Assembly (NCBI GenBank): GCA_002633005.1
Contig: NMRA01000224.1
Span: 377,072-441,071, forward strand
DNA length: 64,000 nucleotides
Source: Phoronis australis
Lineage: Eukaryota > Animalia > Phoronida
Reading direction: 5' to 3'
The position numbers were made by a program, and so were the translations under genes. The notes below the pieces were generated by a model, which was not told the DNA's origin, did not search any database, and saw nothing but the letters and a program-made list of their open reading frames with translations. Position 1 is the first letter of the stretch. The number at the start of each line of letters is the position of its first letter. Shown here one piece after another: positions 1 through 13,802 of the stretch.

Positions 1-1431
1 CAGTCGGTTTAATCCTTGTTTGTTGTTATACGTGTACGATACGTGACGTAGCACTCGGGATCTTTTCGTACATCAAAGCAGTATTATTGTTTGGAATGAT
101 TTCTATCAGGTTTATCACTGACAGTTACATCAATCAATGCTGAATGTTTACGCTGTCAACTCGAGTTTGGTTAGTGAGTTGAGATTACAATCCAACTGAG
201 CCCAATGGCAAAGGGTACGTGACAAAACTTCCATCAGACTATTTGCTTACTCCCTATCCTATGTCTTCCGGAAATCTATTACATGTTGAAATGAAAGTCT
301 ATCGTGTCTGTGTTCACGTGACCTTTGGTTTTTAGGTTTTAGGGTTTGTACCGTGCAGAGGAAATATGCATCTCTTCTAGTGCACCGTCGCTGAATGAAC
401 AAAAATTAGTTTTAAGCATTTGACTGCACCTAACCAGCAAGATCTTCCTATCCAGTGCAGATCTGTTGTCAAAGCCTACTTTCTATATCAGAGACAATGA
501 ACCAAGTCTTTGAAAACGAACAGCTATTTTTAAGAAATGTATGTAAGTCATTTTGTTAATTTACTTATTCAGGTCCTTAGCGGGGGATTGGCATAGGGGG
601 TTAGGGTTGTAAAATTTGGTGCAACTAAATGTGTGGAAATAACAGGTAATAGTGTATGGGGGAAATAGCATGGTGAGGTCATTCTTAACCTTCATGAAGT
701 TTCTTCAAGTTTATTTCATGAGACTGCTTTGCTATCAATTCTAAACCCATAAAAATATATTACATTTTCTGAATTCTCAGTGACTGAATAGTCTTAACTA
801 ATGCCTTGAAATGTTGCAAGTCGTTTATAAATTCAAAAGATTGCCATTGTTTTGTGCAAATTGCATTTTTGAGTGGTGCCTTACGATTTGTAATTACTCT
901 TAAACAACAAAAAGATTATCCATCAAATTTAAATGACCCAAGTCTTCATATCTTCTGTTAGAAGAAACATTAAAAGTCTGAGAAACGGTTTACTTAGCCT
1001 TAGACTAGTATGCTTGACAGACCCATGAATCTGTTATTGGAGTTTAAAATTGCTGAAAGTATCAAAAATAAAAAGGCTTGAAAATGGGTAACAAAGGTTT
1101 TAAGTTGTCACAAAAAACTTGCATATTTTGCTGACAAGTGATGCGTTTAAAGAATTGTTATGACTGCGAATGAAAAATAAAGACGCAGTTTTATACAATA
1201 CTTATTATTTATATAAACCTCTGCTTTCTGAAAATAGTAATTATTTTATTTTGTGTGAAATTGTAGAGCAGTCGCCATATCATATTTTTGAAAAACATGG
1301 GTAGCATTTTTGACCCAAGCTGGAGTACTTAATCATTCATATTTCAATATTTGTTCCACGTTCAGTGACATTTTAAGGACACTTCAAGCTGCTACATAGA
1401 TAAGCTTTGTTACTCCTTTCTCTTCCCACAG

Positions 1432-1845
1432 CATTTCGACACACCAGCAGTGCTGCATGGCACAATGTACAAGTCAGTGGGCCTGGAGAAATGTGAATCG
1501 CAGTACTAAGTTACCATAAGACAATGTGTCAGAGGATTGTTTGTGTATGAAGAGGAACTATATCTGATTGCTACACAAGTCAGCCTCGTTGGTGAGGATG
1601 CCCTTTCATAGGCGATGAGTCATTTGTGGACAATAGCTTATTTCCTTTCCTGTAAGAAGACCTAGTGACACTCTGGTCTAGTTCAGGGTCAGATTTTGGG
1701 CACAAAACGATTCAAGTGATATGCTGTTGTGTTTACCTTCAAGGATCTAATTGTGGATGTTACTGATGTTGACTGAGGTTACATGAAGAAAAGACACGTG
1801 CCGAAACTGGACCTTGTTTACAAGCACTTCTATAGGCCATTGAAA
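1432..1845 (+). pseudogene. YqaJ/lambda-exonuclease-like ORF remnant of the ISL2EU-like element
   Basis: After acceptor tctcttcccacag: FDTPAVLHGTMYKSVGLEKCESQY*VTIRQCVRGLFVYEEELYLIATQVSLVGEDAL ... MKKRHVPKLDLVYKHFYRPL. Resembles the YqaJ motif GLFV..YLAASPDGLV; contains stops and frameshifts. Confidence 0.7.
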
Positions 1846-2549
1846 CTAGATCCCAGTGAAATAAAAACCAAAAGCATCTGGTATAAATGCCTGGTCTTTC
1901 TCACTGAGTGACATTAACTTTTCCTTTCAGAAGAAATGCTTTATACTAAAGGTAAAACTTTTCAATTTGGTACACATTATGGGGAATGACATTCAGTGAC
2001 TGCATCGATTGTCTTCTTGTCAGTAAAAATCCCGTTAATGTTACACTTTGACGATCAAATAAATTTTCAATCAACAGGCAACTTTGTCACCAATTATTGA
2101 AGCCACAATATTGCTTCAGTTTTAACGCCCCATACAGTACAGTTGTGCTTAGTGTTTATAAAGGTGAAACGATTACCGAATACGCTTGCGAATTGCCATT
2201 TTCCTGTTGACCCATAGAAATGTGCAGCGATCAAAATGAAGTATTCCCTTTATTTGCATTTGATTTGTTTGTGTGTGTGTAATTATTTTTAGAGCTTTCT
2301 TCAGATGGCCTTTGAAGTTTTGTTTTAACTTGTCTACGAACAAAAGTTCGACATGCAAGAAAAGTATGTTTACAATTGTAGCTAGCTGGAGAAGAATCTG
2401 CTATGCACAAGATTCGAGAACAACCACATACATACAAAGAAACAACATTGTTAAAAGCAGTTGTAATTTTCCCAATAAACTCAGTCCATAATCAGGCATA
2501 TCAAGGGCTGAATTTCTGAATTAGTTTCAATTCTCTCAGGTAATTGCTG

Positions 2550-3465
2550 AAGGATTGCTTTTCACTTTGTCCAAAGGTAAAATAGACGGTCAGGCGGCTG
2601 GTTTCAGTCGCTTTCTCTTACCTGTAACAGAATAGTCAGAGAAATATTAGCAAATTATAAAAGAAAACTCAAGAAGAAACTACTTTTGTAAGGCAGAACA
2701 TACTTGACGTTTCATCTTCATGTTTATATGTAGAAACTAATAATCTTTGTACCCAAGTCTTATTTAAGATCTGAATTAAAACATGTTAAACAGGCTAAAA
2801 GTGATTTAACAATGAGTATTTTTCATGACACCTAAAATGTGCTTCTGATCTCAACAAGTAAAATTCATTCTAAGTGTCAATTTTTACTGCAATGCAATGT
2901 TACGACATTTACTAAATAGCTTATTCATCTTAATTCGGTAACTTCTCTGGTAGTCCGGGGGGTGGGGTCCGCTACAAAATAAGGAAACTCACTCATCCAG
3001 ATAATTTTATTGGACATAGCATAGCTTTGAAAAGAAACTGCTGTGAAAAAGTCACCCTTGACTTCTGAGCGTCACGTACATGTACATCCACCTCTTATAT
3101 ATTATCGGGCGCACTCCTACCGAGGACAATATGTGATTATGGGCTGCAAGCCTACCTGGCATCCGAGTCCCGGGTGAGTTTCCGGAAACACTTAGTTCCA
3201 CTCAATAAACCCGTTATTCAGTGGGGTAACATCACCGAACGATGTCGATAGAAACTGATTGCTAAAACCTTACCAAGTAACGGTAGTGAAGTCTCCCAAT
3301 GGAAATGCATAGAGCACAAACGGGCTTCGGCATCCACACACTTTTTGTCAATTAGTTGACTCTTTTGACCGCAATTCTCCACCAATGTAGTGAGCTTAGG
3401 TCTTTTGGGAATTGTGGCCACCTGTCGAAGACTTGCACTAGGTGAAATAGCAATAATAAGGCTTA
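2550..3465 (-). pseudogene. THAP-domain remnant (two exons) of the ISL2EU-like transposase
   Basis: ARLCSMHF...LLG|gtaag near 3270-3330, then a second exon after ttctgttacag at 2621 reading GKRKRLKPAA*PSIL (AVPSI-box-like). The position matching the ATG of the intact THAP at 47668 reads AAG. Confidence 0.65.
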
Positions 3466-4710
3466 GTGCGACGACGTATTTCGATAACAATTCCGTCTTT
3501 TCAACCAGCTGTTTACATGCAGACAGCGACGCATGCGCAATTGAATCACCATTAGTACAGCAGCGACACCGCGAGGAGAATTCTCCGAATAGCCCCATTA
3601 AGCGAAGCTATGGTCTACTTTCCGAGGACCGAAAAAAGCTGCAACAGCACAAATTTAAGTTCTTCCACAGTCGATTAACAAATATCAGCATGTACAACTG
3701 GTCTTATTTCAAAGTGTCAGAGCTTCAATTATTTCTTCTTAATTCAAACCAAAATAAGGCCCATGTTGCCACTGAATCTACAGAGTGTCTCAAACTAGAT
3801 ACAACCCATTTACACAACACCAATTTCTACCTGTGGGTCTACAAGAAATTCCACTAAGACTTTCATGTATTTTTTCTAAAAATGCAAAACAGAAACAATA
3901 ATTTCTGCACTTCGTGGATCAACAAAGTCCCATGCGACTCACCCTTTTGATTCTGGGCCACTGGCACGTCACACTTTAGTACGTTCTGCCATGTGAACTG
4001 GGACTCGGGGCCGTATCTCCGAACTCAAACTCGATTCTTAACCATTTACGCTGCGTGGTTAGGGTGCGAGTTTGTACGTTTACTGGAAGCGTGTCATGCA
4101 ATAGTTCAATGTCGAGTCAAGTTTCGAGTACAGGAATCAGCTTCCGAGACAATAAGTGAGATTTCATGTGATCTAGGCCCGAACTCTAATATTTGTATGC
4201 GAAATAGAACTCTAAATTGTTTTTGACATTTACCTTCTACTTTCCTTCGAAATCGCGATAAGTTTCTATTATTCTGTGCTCGAGTAGATTATGGTCTACG
4301 TGAATGATTATCCAATCCCCGTTTGCACTCAATGAAGTCAGCAATACACCAATACGTAGGAGTCTGAACTTGAAAATTTAGGGATTTTACTCAAATTTGT
4401 AGCTTGAATCTAGGAGTCATAGTGCGCGAAATTTGTTTGATATACTCGTAACACCAAAGTGCCGTCCACACTACGAGATACCCTAAAATAAGTTTTGTCT
4501 GTCGCTAGGTTTAACAGTGACTTGTGGACACTCAAAATGCTGGGACAACTTAGCACTCGTATATGACCGTCATAGCATATGCCCCCTTACTGAGGTAGTA
4601 TGTTCAAAACCTGTAGACGAGGCGGAAGTAATTACGCGCTAAAATACAGGTTATCTTGAGTTCACACAATCATAGGGAATTCCATTAATATTGTCGAGTT
4701 CGATTTCAAT

Positions 4711-5853
4711 CACAGGCGCTTGGGTTTATCTGTTCCTCGATCGCAAATGACGTCACTCTATAATATATATAAGAAAACATAAAGGTTGGACACTTAAACT
4801 TTGCCAAGCCGAGGCTCCCAACTTCAACCGTCCAAAATCCAAAGAAAATCTGCGTGCACCTCCCTCAGTCTGGTGTTGCATAAACCTTCGAAGCCTTATC
4901 TTTCCTAGATCCCATTAACTGTCTTCGTGAGTGGTGAATTGGCGATGGAATTTCCAAAACAATCTCAAAACTCTGAATTCAAGGACCAGAAATAGTAAAC
5001 ATGGCGGATTTCAGTTGTGCTTCAACTTGTACGCCTGTCGTAGGTGAAACTTCGAGTTTGAGCAAGCAACCTATATTTCAAATTCAATAATTCTAATCCA
5101 AAACTCAACTAATTGAGAATGTTAAAGTTAGTATTTTAATGATTATTTGTAACTTTATTCCACTGACGGCTCATTTTAGCCCTTAACTTAGAATTTTATT
5201 ACATAAACTGGCGTATCTTGTTTCTCATCTTGACATCACGCACTTTTTTGATTGAAGCACAACACACACTCGGCCAGGAAACGCAGTCCGTGCAAGTATT
5301 ACAATGCGCGTGGCCGACGAGTTAACTCAATGGTTTTGGCCAAAAGTAAAACCTTCATAAGAAATCACAGTACACAAAAAACTTCGCATATCAATACAGT
5401 ATCAGGATAATTTATATTTGACACAAATATGTGAGTAATTACATTTATTTGGCAATAAAGTGCTCTCTGCTTCTCATGATCAAGTAGTCGATGGATTGAC
5501 GGCGAAAGCCGCGCGAAATTAGACTTTCGGATTTAGCTCGGGAGCGTCCGTCAAAACCCGGATGTGCGAAGACCGTCTGCCATGACATCACGGTATTAGG
5601 TCCTTGAATTTGTGATTTTGGCATTCTTTTGGCATTTTTGTCGCCAAATCACCACTCGAAGGCAATTTGAAGAAATCAAATGAAGGAAGGTATTCTAAGA
5701 GTTGTTCGATGCTAGTTTCGTGGAGTTCCATGCACATTTGAGTAGAAAATTTTGAGGAAATAGATTTCGAGTGTCCAACCTTTATGTTTTCTTATATGTA
5801 TTATTGAGTGACGTCATTTGCGATCGAGGAACAGATAAACCCAAGCGCCTGTG
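4711..5853. mobile_element. Non-autonomous TIR element (MITE) with 8-bp TSD; P-element or hAT type
   Basis: 84-bp TIRs (4711-4794 / 5770-5853, 2 mismatches) starting CACAGGCGCTTGGG. Exact 8-bp duplication ATTTCAAT at 4703-4710 and 5854-5861. No long ORF. Confidence 0.92.
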
Positions 5854-8155
5854 ATTTCAATTAGAAAGATTAGACACCACGCTTTAGCTTCTCATGGGAA
5901 AACTCGAGATCTTTGATCTTGATATGTGCACCGATTTTGTGATAGGATTCTCACAACGCCGTGTATGCACAACGTCACTGTCAGATCTCGTCGTCAAACT
6001 TCCGTTCAAATCTTTAGATATCTCACTCGTGTTGTTTATTCTCATTTAGTAGCCTGAGATTTGGGCACCCAACAATTGGATTTTTGAAGATACTTGTGAA
6101 ACTTCACGAGAAATTCAGCTCCTCCCAGTTTGGTTAAATAAGCCTCGTTAACGTCCAAAACATTTTGACTAATGTTCAGTTCTTGCTAATGAACTCTCCT
6201 CTTCAAACTTCAAAAATTAGAACAAACGCACATAAATTGACAGAATTACATGCATTCACATTGGTGGGGAGCCCAGTGTAAGCACGCACAGCCTGACTTT
6301 ATTATCGAGCAGCCAAGACCACCGGTCGGGATAATGAATATCATTTTCCCGCGTTAGTGTTGTCGTACAAATCCCCGGTGTGCGTGCGTGCTTTGGAGCG
6401 TAAGATCAATTATTTATAAATAGGCCAACAGATATCAGTTTCGAGTTCTACAATCGCCAAACATTGGGGAATTGAATTATAGACGCTCATAATTTCCCAA
6501 GGCTCCTCTAATGAAAAATGTGATACAATTAGATAATGGAAATCATCGCACTCTTTTAAAGCAGCACGTGAGCCCATCTCTCAGGGCTTGTAGAATTCTT
6601 ATATTTGCAAAGAAAATAGTATGGATTGAGTACTTTGCAACGTCAGGTGACACCTGGTGGCCAGACCGTCTCGTCTACGAGTCGCTCACCTAGAGCTGTC
6701 AAACAACGCCTCATGGAAATCGACGACATTTTGAGAGTCCGCTCAAATATAGTTCGACAAAAAGATAGTTCATGAGAAAGAGGAACAGACGAAATGGAGC
6801 CCAGTTGTCAAAAACTGCAGCTTGTCATGCCTTATGGTGTCCGATATAACAGTTTATTGACTTTTTAGTCAGTACGGCATGCAAACTACCTGAACCTTAT
6901 TAGTTAGATAACGCACGCTAGTACTGGGAAGAGTTCAGTCACACAACGCTTAGACCTCGCTGAAAAGCAAGAGATTACGTGAGATATACACCCTATTTAT
7001 GCAGTCGACATTTAAAAATGAGACTCTTTTTAGGCTTTAAAAACAATGCGTTTTACATAAATAGGTTTGTTCAGATTTAAATTAAGCTGGGAAAACCATG
7101 TAAACCATCCAAAGTAGCAGTTTGTATGGCACTATGTTTATCAATGATAAAAGCCTAGAATTTATCCACCGAAGGACGTTTATCGATGAGGAAATGAAAA
7201 GTCTTATTGTTTTGGTTATAAGAATAGAAGTTCGTCGGCGCGCGTGCTGTAAACTATTCGCCCAATTTGTACCAGTGTCGCAAAACGAGTTCAAATTTTA
7301 GTTCTTGGTGTACATTTTCATGGAAAAGAATCGACCAATGACGTGGTGTGTCTTATTTTGGGCGTATGGAAACTGGTGTCAACTGCCACCTGTTCTAGAC
7401 TTCACAAAAATAAAATTAAATGAACGAAATTGCTTACGTAAAGTAATCATCGGCCACTTAATACAAATAATTTCAACTAATTTGATTACTTGGTAAACAC
7501 CTTTGTTATCCAACCAATAATCAATCTCCGCCTTTTATTTTACCGCCGATTGCACATGTAATATAAAATACACATTCTTACGAATTCAAGTAACCAATTA
7601 ACAACTAAATGAGCAACTCATACATGTCATTAACTCGGTCAATATACATTCATTTTGAGTTTACAAGAACTGTTGATAATTAAGAGACAAGGCGCCGGTG
7701 CGGCAAACTGTGCTATTTTGTCTCTCACAAAAACGTTTCCATCTGCCACAAGAGGTGTGTCTCGGCTTTCAGAAAGTGTTGGTTGACTACTGTAAGTAGT
7801 TCAGTTAGTCGGTCAGTGTGTCGGGACGCGTCATCACGAGTTACTGGTTAATCGTCACCTTGTTGACTACAAGTTTATTATCTGATAATTGGAGTCAACG
7901 CGCACAATATAGGGGCGAGTGGCAGCCACTGTTGATACAGGCAACAACTTGTTCATAAAGTACACTACAAGTTGTGTTCGGCGCTCCCACTAATTGTCAT
8001 CAGGTACTACGGTATTTTGTTCCACTGCACTTTCTCGGTTACCGATGGTGGATCAATTTTCTTTAAGCCGACTACAATTAAAGTCACGTGTACCAACTTA
8101 GCTTCTAGCGCCACACTTTCTGGTCTCTAAATTGCCAGGGTGCGCAGCTAAGCAG

Positions 8156-8266
8156 TATATAAACGCGCCGATGTTCTTCGCATGTAGTTAGTCTATCATC
8201 AACAGATCATCAAGGCTTAACGAGTTCTAAAGCAACTGTGTTCAAGAATCTCCAATCGCATACAAG
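8156..8266 (+). promoter_or_regulatory. Probable TATA promoter and non-coding first exon of the secreted-protein gene
   Basis: TATATAAA at 8156-8163, Inr-like TTAGTC about 30 bp downstream, strong donor AAG|GTAAGG at 8266/8267. The link to the acceptor at 13301 is inferred. Confidence 0.55.
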
Positions 8267-8919
8267 GTAAGGAAGTTTTACGGAACTACTTTTACGAAAA
8301 GGTTTTAAAAATAATTCGTGCGACAGCCTGTGAACACGACGTATGTGTTTGTTAGCGATATACCCGTAACATTAAAATGAATTGAATTATACACAAACAC
8401 GAAGCACTGTAGGCCTATTTTAGAAAACAAAAATGGTATCTAAAATATTTTAAACAAATTTGTGAATATTCAAGTTTGACCGAAACATCTGATAACCTCA
8501 TCACAGATTTGTATCGGACTTGGATTTAGAATAATTGATATGAAATTTTCAGGACCAACAGCAACCAAATGAATAGAAAAATGCAAATGTAATAAGAACC
8601 TAGCGTTATTGTTAGCAAAACTGTATTATTTATTTCTATGTTTGTCATTTTTTTTACTCTACTTTGACGCATTGAAGTTTATGCTATTTAAATTATAACC
8701 CGTCTCCATACACGTAGAGCCTTGATGATGTCACAGAGGTAAGAGAATATTCAGAGAATTCAAAAGCTCCGCGATACACTAAAACACGCATCATCAACTT
8801 CATTGAAACCCATTCAAGTGTAAAAGAGAATTGAACGAAAATGTAGTTGTGCTTTTGCCATTCTATAAAAGTGGTGAGTGTCTAATGTATGCCGCTGGTG
8901 ATGAATATCTAATACAGTA

Positions 8920-9188
8920 CATGCGCACACCCAGCGTAAACTATAGGGGGCTCGAATTTCTCGGTATATGGAACTTTTACAGAACTAATTCAACGAGAAC
9001 AAAAAAAAAACAAAAAAAAAACGGGGCGTCAGGTTCAGGCCTGCGAATTGTGCATCTGCGCCGACTTCTTGTGTCCTTTGTGGACTTCTGTGTCGTTTAC
9101 TAGGACTTTTTTTCCCTGAGGTCTTTTTGCCCAATTCGCCAAATTGGGAGCTCATTCGAACCCCCAAGCCCCCCTGGGTGCACCCATG
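8920..9188. mobile_element. Small hAT-like MITE
   Basis: Ends CATGCGCACACCCAG / CTGGGTGCACCCATG with G/C-run subtermini. Related to 52252-52456. No clean TSD. Confidence 0.55.
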
Positions 9189-10667
9189 AAATAGAATGTG
9201 TGCCGCTGGTGATGAGTAAAACAAAGACAGAATAAAAATAACGTGTACAATTGAATTGAACACAAGAAAACCTAAATCTGCATTGTGAATGAACGCCTTT
9301 GAGAAATTACTAAATTTGTGGAAAAGGAAGGGACCAACCGGTATCAGTGATACATTTTTGGAATCGGCATGACGAGAAGATTCAGAAAATAGTATTATCA
9401 AGTATGTGCATTTATAGAGTCGGATAGTAAACAATAGCCGACTGCTTCGTTGGAGAAGAGTACTTCAGCGAACAGCGTTTCTTACCAACCGTTTTTTGTA
9501 TCTATTTACAAAGTTATTTTATCTTCATTATCTTGGATCTCAGCCTCATGACGTAAATAGTTTGAGTTTGGCTCGATCTTGTTTCTCCTACATTTGCTGA
9601 CGTATAATTACCACAAGGTCTTTGATGGCGGGCGAGTGAGGCAAAAGTATAATTTGTAAATGCCAATTTAGAATTCAACTGACGCACAAATCTGCATTGA
9701 ATCAATCACTGTCGATCAGAACATCTCAGAACATTCCGCTACATTAAAACCGGCAGTAGAAACAACACCAACAATCTCATTACTCGTGATTAAAAAATGT
9801 AAGATTGAAAGAAACTCAACCGGGCGTTACAACCATCAGCCGAAACACTAAGTGATATCGTCCGCGATGTCATTTTTAGCCACTTATTGTCAAACATGTC
9901 GTCCTTCAAAAAAACGCCCACTCTGTAAGGCGGAATACAACTTTGATAAAGAAGAACGTTTGTGTATTTATCACGAGAGACTGGATAATACATCTTTCAT
10001 GTAAACTGTGCTAAGTGGCTACTTGACTAGAATTGAAACGTCAATCATGTAGATTTGGTTTTCTCAATTTAAATTAAAATCTAAAATGAGTTAGCGTATC
10101 ATAAAGACAATATTGGAAGTTGCTTAGGGGTGCCCATTAATACAGCATAACGGCATCCCACGATTGAACTCGACTTAAATTCTAAAAATCTTTACATGAC
10201 AGAAACCTAGACTATTCTCAACAATAGAGCTTCTTGAGTTAAAAAATACAGCTCAAATTTCCAGTGTGCGAGGATTCAAGTTTGCGAACCACAGTACGAG
10301 GATACTGTTGTTTCGGTCGTCAACACGTTGATGTTGAGTTAAGCTGCAAATATCTTAGGGTATGTTTCACTACGAAACTGTCTTGGTCAAAAGCTACACA
10401 CACTCTACATTGACGTCAAACTCTGCTTGTGTAACTAATAATAAACTTACGCCATTATAGTTGAAGCAATTACCAGAGTTGCGCCACACGTCCAAGTTCA
10501 CATAATTAGCCAGGAAGGGGGCGCTCCTCCTTGTTCAAAGAACGTTTGGACTGTTAGTGCTGTCACCCAACTTCTTTTACCGATCATTTTATTACAAAAA
10601 TGCACATTATCATTAATGTACCCACAGTCTCCATACACATCACTATTAGACAAATTTTTGTTGTTAG

Positions 10668-10920
10668 AGTTACTACAGTTATATTTTTTATACTACTACT
10701 ACTACTGCTACTACTGCTTTTATTATAATTACTATTATTATTACTCTTACTATTATTTTTATCATTATTATTATTACTATTGTTACTATTATTATTAATA
10801 ATATCATCATTACCATTATTATTGTTACTATTACTATTACTATTATTACAAGTCTTATTATTACTATTGTTACTACTATTATTATACTATGTTGTTGTTG
10901 TTGTTGTTGTTGTCTTCGTC
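10668..10920. repeat. Compound (TAY)n/(GTT)n microsatellite
   Basis: Visible tat/tac/gtt triplet runs; explains the poly-Y/L/V pseudo-ORFs. Confidence 0.95.
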
Positions 10921-11529
10921 GTAATTGCTATTATCAATAGGTATATCATTATCATAATGTCCAGCATGTTAAGTCATTTTTACCCATATCATCATTTACT
11001 TTTCATGGTATTGTATGCAAACACTGCATAGAATAATTCACGAGATTACATATATGCAATGAAACTCCAGTCGAAAATTTTGCGTTAGCTAATGCTTTCA
11101 CCCCCAGAGATTGATGAAAAACTTCGCAAATGTTTTTCATCCGATACTGTTCGATTATTTCTCAAAATAGAATAGTTATCAAATGACTGTGTATCCAGGA
11201 TTAATCTTGCCACGCAATCAAATTCTATGAATATGACTGTAAAGCGTGAAGAGCATATAAATGCGCCAGTTTCTTGCCTACAAGTTATCTTCATTGCAAT
11301 AGCTCTCGACAAACGGTAGGTGCTGTTTCTCAGTATTTCCACATGTACATCCGGGCTTTTCTAAAAATATATGTAGTTGAATGATCTGCCGAAAGGAGTA
11401 GCGTCCAGTTGAACATAAATTGAAAACGAAAAATTCGAATGATTGACCGGCGGTTTTTGGTGCCAGGTGAGTTCGGTCTGTTACCATCGTTTGGAGACTT
11501 ACCAACTGACGTCCGTCGACATTGTCTGG

Positions 11530-12100
11530 TACAAAGCTGTATACTAAATATCAGCATTGCTCCGATGTGGGTAAAAAAGTGGTAAGATAAAATCTGACAC
11601 AGAATTAATGTCATTAAAAACTAACAGTCTTCCTTGAGTAAACAAATTATTTAACGGTGTTGGAAAAAGTGACGTTCTACCGTTATTCTGCTGCTAAAGT
11701 TGTGGAGCGATCTTTAGCGACGGCTGTTGGCGCCATGAAATATTGCGCCACCTATTGGACAGTTTTTTCGCTGATTCTTCCATTTAACTATTGTTCTTTC
11801 AGTCACGAGGTTGCGTATATGTCGCAACAAATTATCGGAACTGGTTTCACTTCATTATAAGTTTTTAGAATTTTGATACCGAAAAACTGAATTTCAGAAG
11901 AAATTTTGCTGCTGCTAAGTTATCATCATCTCCCGAGACATGTCGCAAATTAGGAAATGGCGCATGAGCGTGACAGGAGCGTACCGTTTTCAAAACGACA
12001 ACATACTTTTCATTGTTAGAAAAGGCGGAGAGTTACTCAAGTTTCACGGTTAAGTGACGAGCAGAGCTACCCTGGCTGTGTGCAATTTCGGGGTCTACGT
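11530..12100 (+). repeat. Dispersed repeat fragment, homolog of 58780-59460
   Basis: Shared blocks such as cggtgttggaaaaa, cgttattctgctgctaaa, ttaggaaatggcgc and ttttcaaaacgacaacatactttt in the same order and orientation. Confidence 0.8.
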
Positions 12101-13322
12101 CGACAGTGGTCACAACTGTTGTCACTCCTTTCAGATTGTGCACAGGAAGCCCTCAATCAGAAGACTATCGTTCGTTGCTTGGAGAACGTGTCGTGTCATG
12201 ATTTACGCTTTTAAATTGCGGCTGTACATATAAAGACGGCTTTCACGCGAGTGTTTTACGAGCGCAATCGTCAAGTCCAATGAGAGATTAAATTGCAGGT
12301 CACGTGAGCTTTGAAAAAATGTATGTCCGTAAAGTTCTGCTCGTGTATCACGCGCATCTATCACGCTCGTAAAAGAAAAAGAAAAGAAAGGGAAAAACGT
12401 AAAACAAGAAGTGTAAACCGACAAGCGTAAAACGACGAGCGTAGATATTTCGAGCATTTAAGACGATATTTCGGCTATATTTTATTTAAAACTTCAAAAA
12501 ACTGATTTTAATGCAAAACAGTTCAGTCGAAATCAAAGCCCAAATAATACTCATTCACAACTCCATGTTTTCAAACTTACCTGATTTTAATATGAATTTT
12601 TAATGTATTTTTATTTCTGGTGGTGCATTACAGCTCTCGGTCTCCATTACTTTTGACACAGCTTCAACTCTGTGAGCGGAGAAAATTGCGACGAGTCACT
12701 TGGGGCCTCTGACAACATTAAATAATTTCTTAATTAAAAAAAAAAAAACAAAAACAAGAAAAGAACAACCCACAACTAGCAACAGATGTAGGCCCAAGGT
12801 CGAATACATAAGAAACTTTCCGACATGAACAGAACTGTTGCTGCGGGTAATCACTAAACTCGCATAGAGGATATTTCATGCATCGATTTTATGAACCTTA
12901 CTTGTGTTGGTGAGTGTAAAGGTAATGATGCTCAATAAAGTCCTTGAGGGCTTCTAAATGCACTAGCTTTGAATATCGCTAATTAAATGTTCAGTTTGCG
13001 GCATCAGAACTCTCTCTTGTATATTTGCATGTACTATTGACTGAATTTCTGTAACCTGAATACAAAACATATTACCTTGAAATGGTACACCAGTTCACGT
13101 GTTATTCTATATACTCTAGGTCAACAAAACATATATGTCAAAACTGAATCACTCTGGCTAAAATTTTTGCTCTACAAAACGTGAATTTTCAACGATAATT
13201 ATCCCTTTCTGTACTGTCGCCGAGACTCGAGAACGTCACTTCTAGTTGAAGCTGTAGTGACTGTCACCTTGAATTAATGATTACGTCACTTATTTTGGCA
13301 GGTATACACCAAAACAAGAAAG

Positions 13323-13778
13323 ATGTTTCGTTTACTGACAGCATCACTGGTTGTTTTCTACATGAGAATACACGTCGACAGCGCACCGTTAAAAAACGAT
13401 TATACAGAAAGTGAAATTGGGGGGTTTATCGATTTCCACAACGAGGCTGGTGATGAAGCAAATACACACGAGAGAGGCCAAGAGCCTGTTTTTGGATCAC
13501 TATCGTTTGACGACAACAGTGACGGTTGGGAACTCGACGAGGAACAGGACAAGTCTAATTGGGCTTCAGCAATGGCGTTGAACGGTAAAAGTTTTGACGA
13601 TAGCTCGAAAAGTTATGGAAACGGTAACTTTTATAATTTTTTTGATGACGAAAAGAGCGACACCAGTGGCGAAAATTCCTTCTTTGGTGACTTTGCTCCA
13701 ATCGCCGGCGCAGGACAGTTCCAGCCATCTTCAAAGAATAGTTCGGCTAATGACCAATCAGGATTTTCAACAGACACG
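13323..13778 (+). CDS. Secreted protein, coding exon 1 (signal peptide + acidic segment)
   Basis: Acceptor ttttggcag| at 13301, ATG 13323, MFRLLTASLVVFYMRIHVDS-APL signal-peptide-like start, D/E/F/S/G-rich body, donor ACG|GTGAGG in phase 0. Confidence 0.85.
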
Positions 13779-13802
13779 GTGAGGATGGTACCGTTTACAC
13801 GA

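Larger units (their letters stand above)
1..3596. mobile_element. ISL2EU-like (PIF/Harbinger-related) DNA transposon, decayed, left end outside the window
   Basis: Ends ...CCGAATAGCCCC|ATT. Colinear homolog of 48903-52160. Carries a degenerate THAP on the - strand and a degenerate YqaJ exonuclease on the + strand. THAP + YqaJ and AT target duplication are the known ISL2EU layout. Confidence 0.8.

Noticed and set aside
10616-11031. Poly-Tyr / poly-Leu membrane-protein ORFs
   Set aside because: Translations of a triplet microsatellite.
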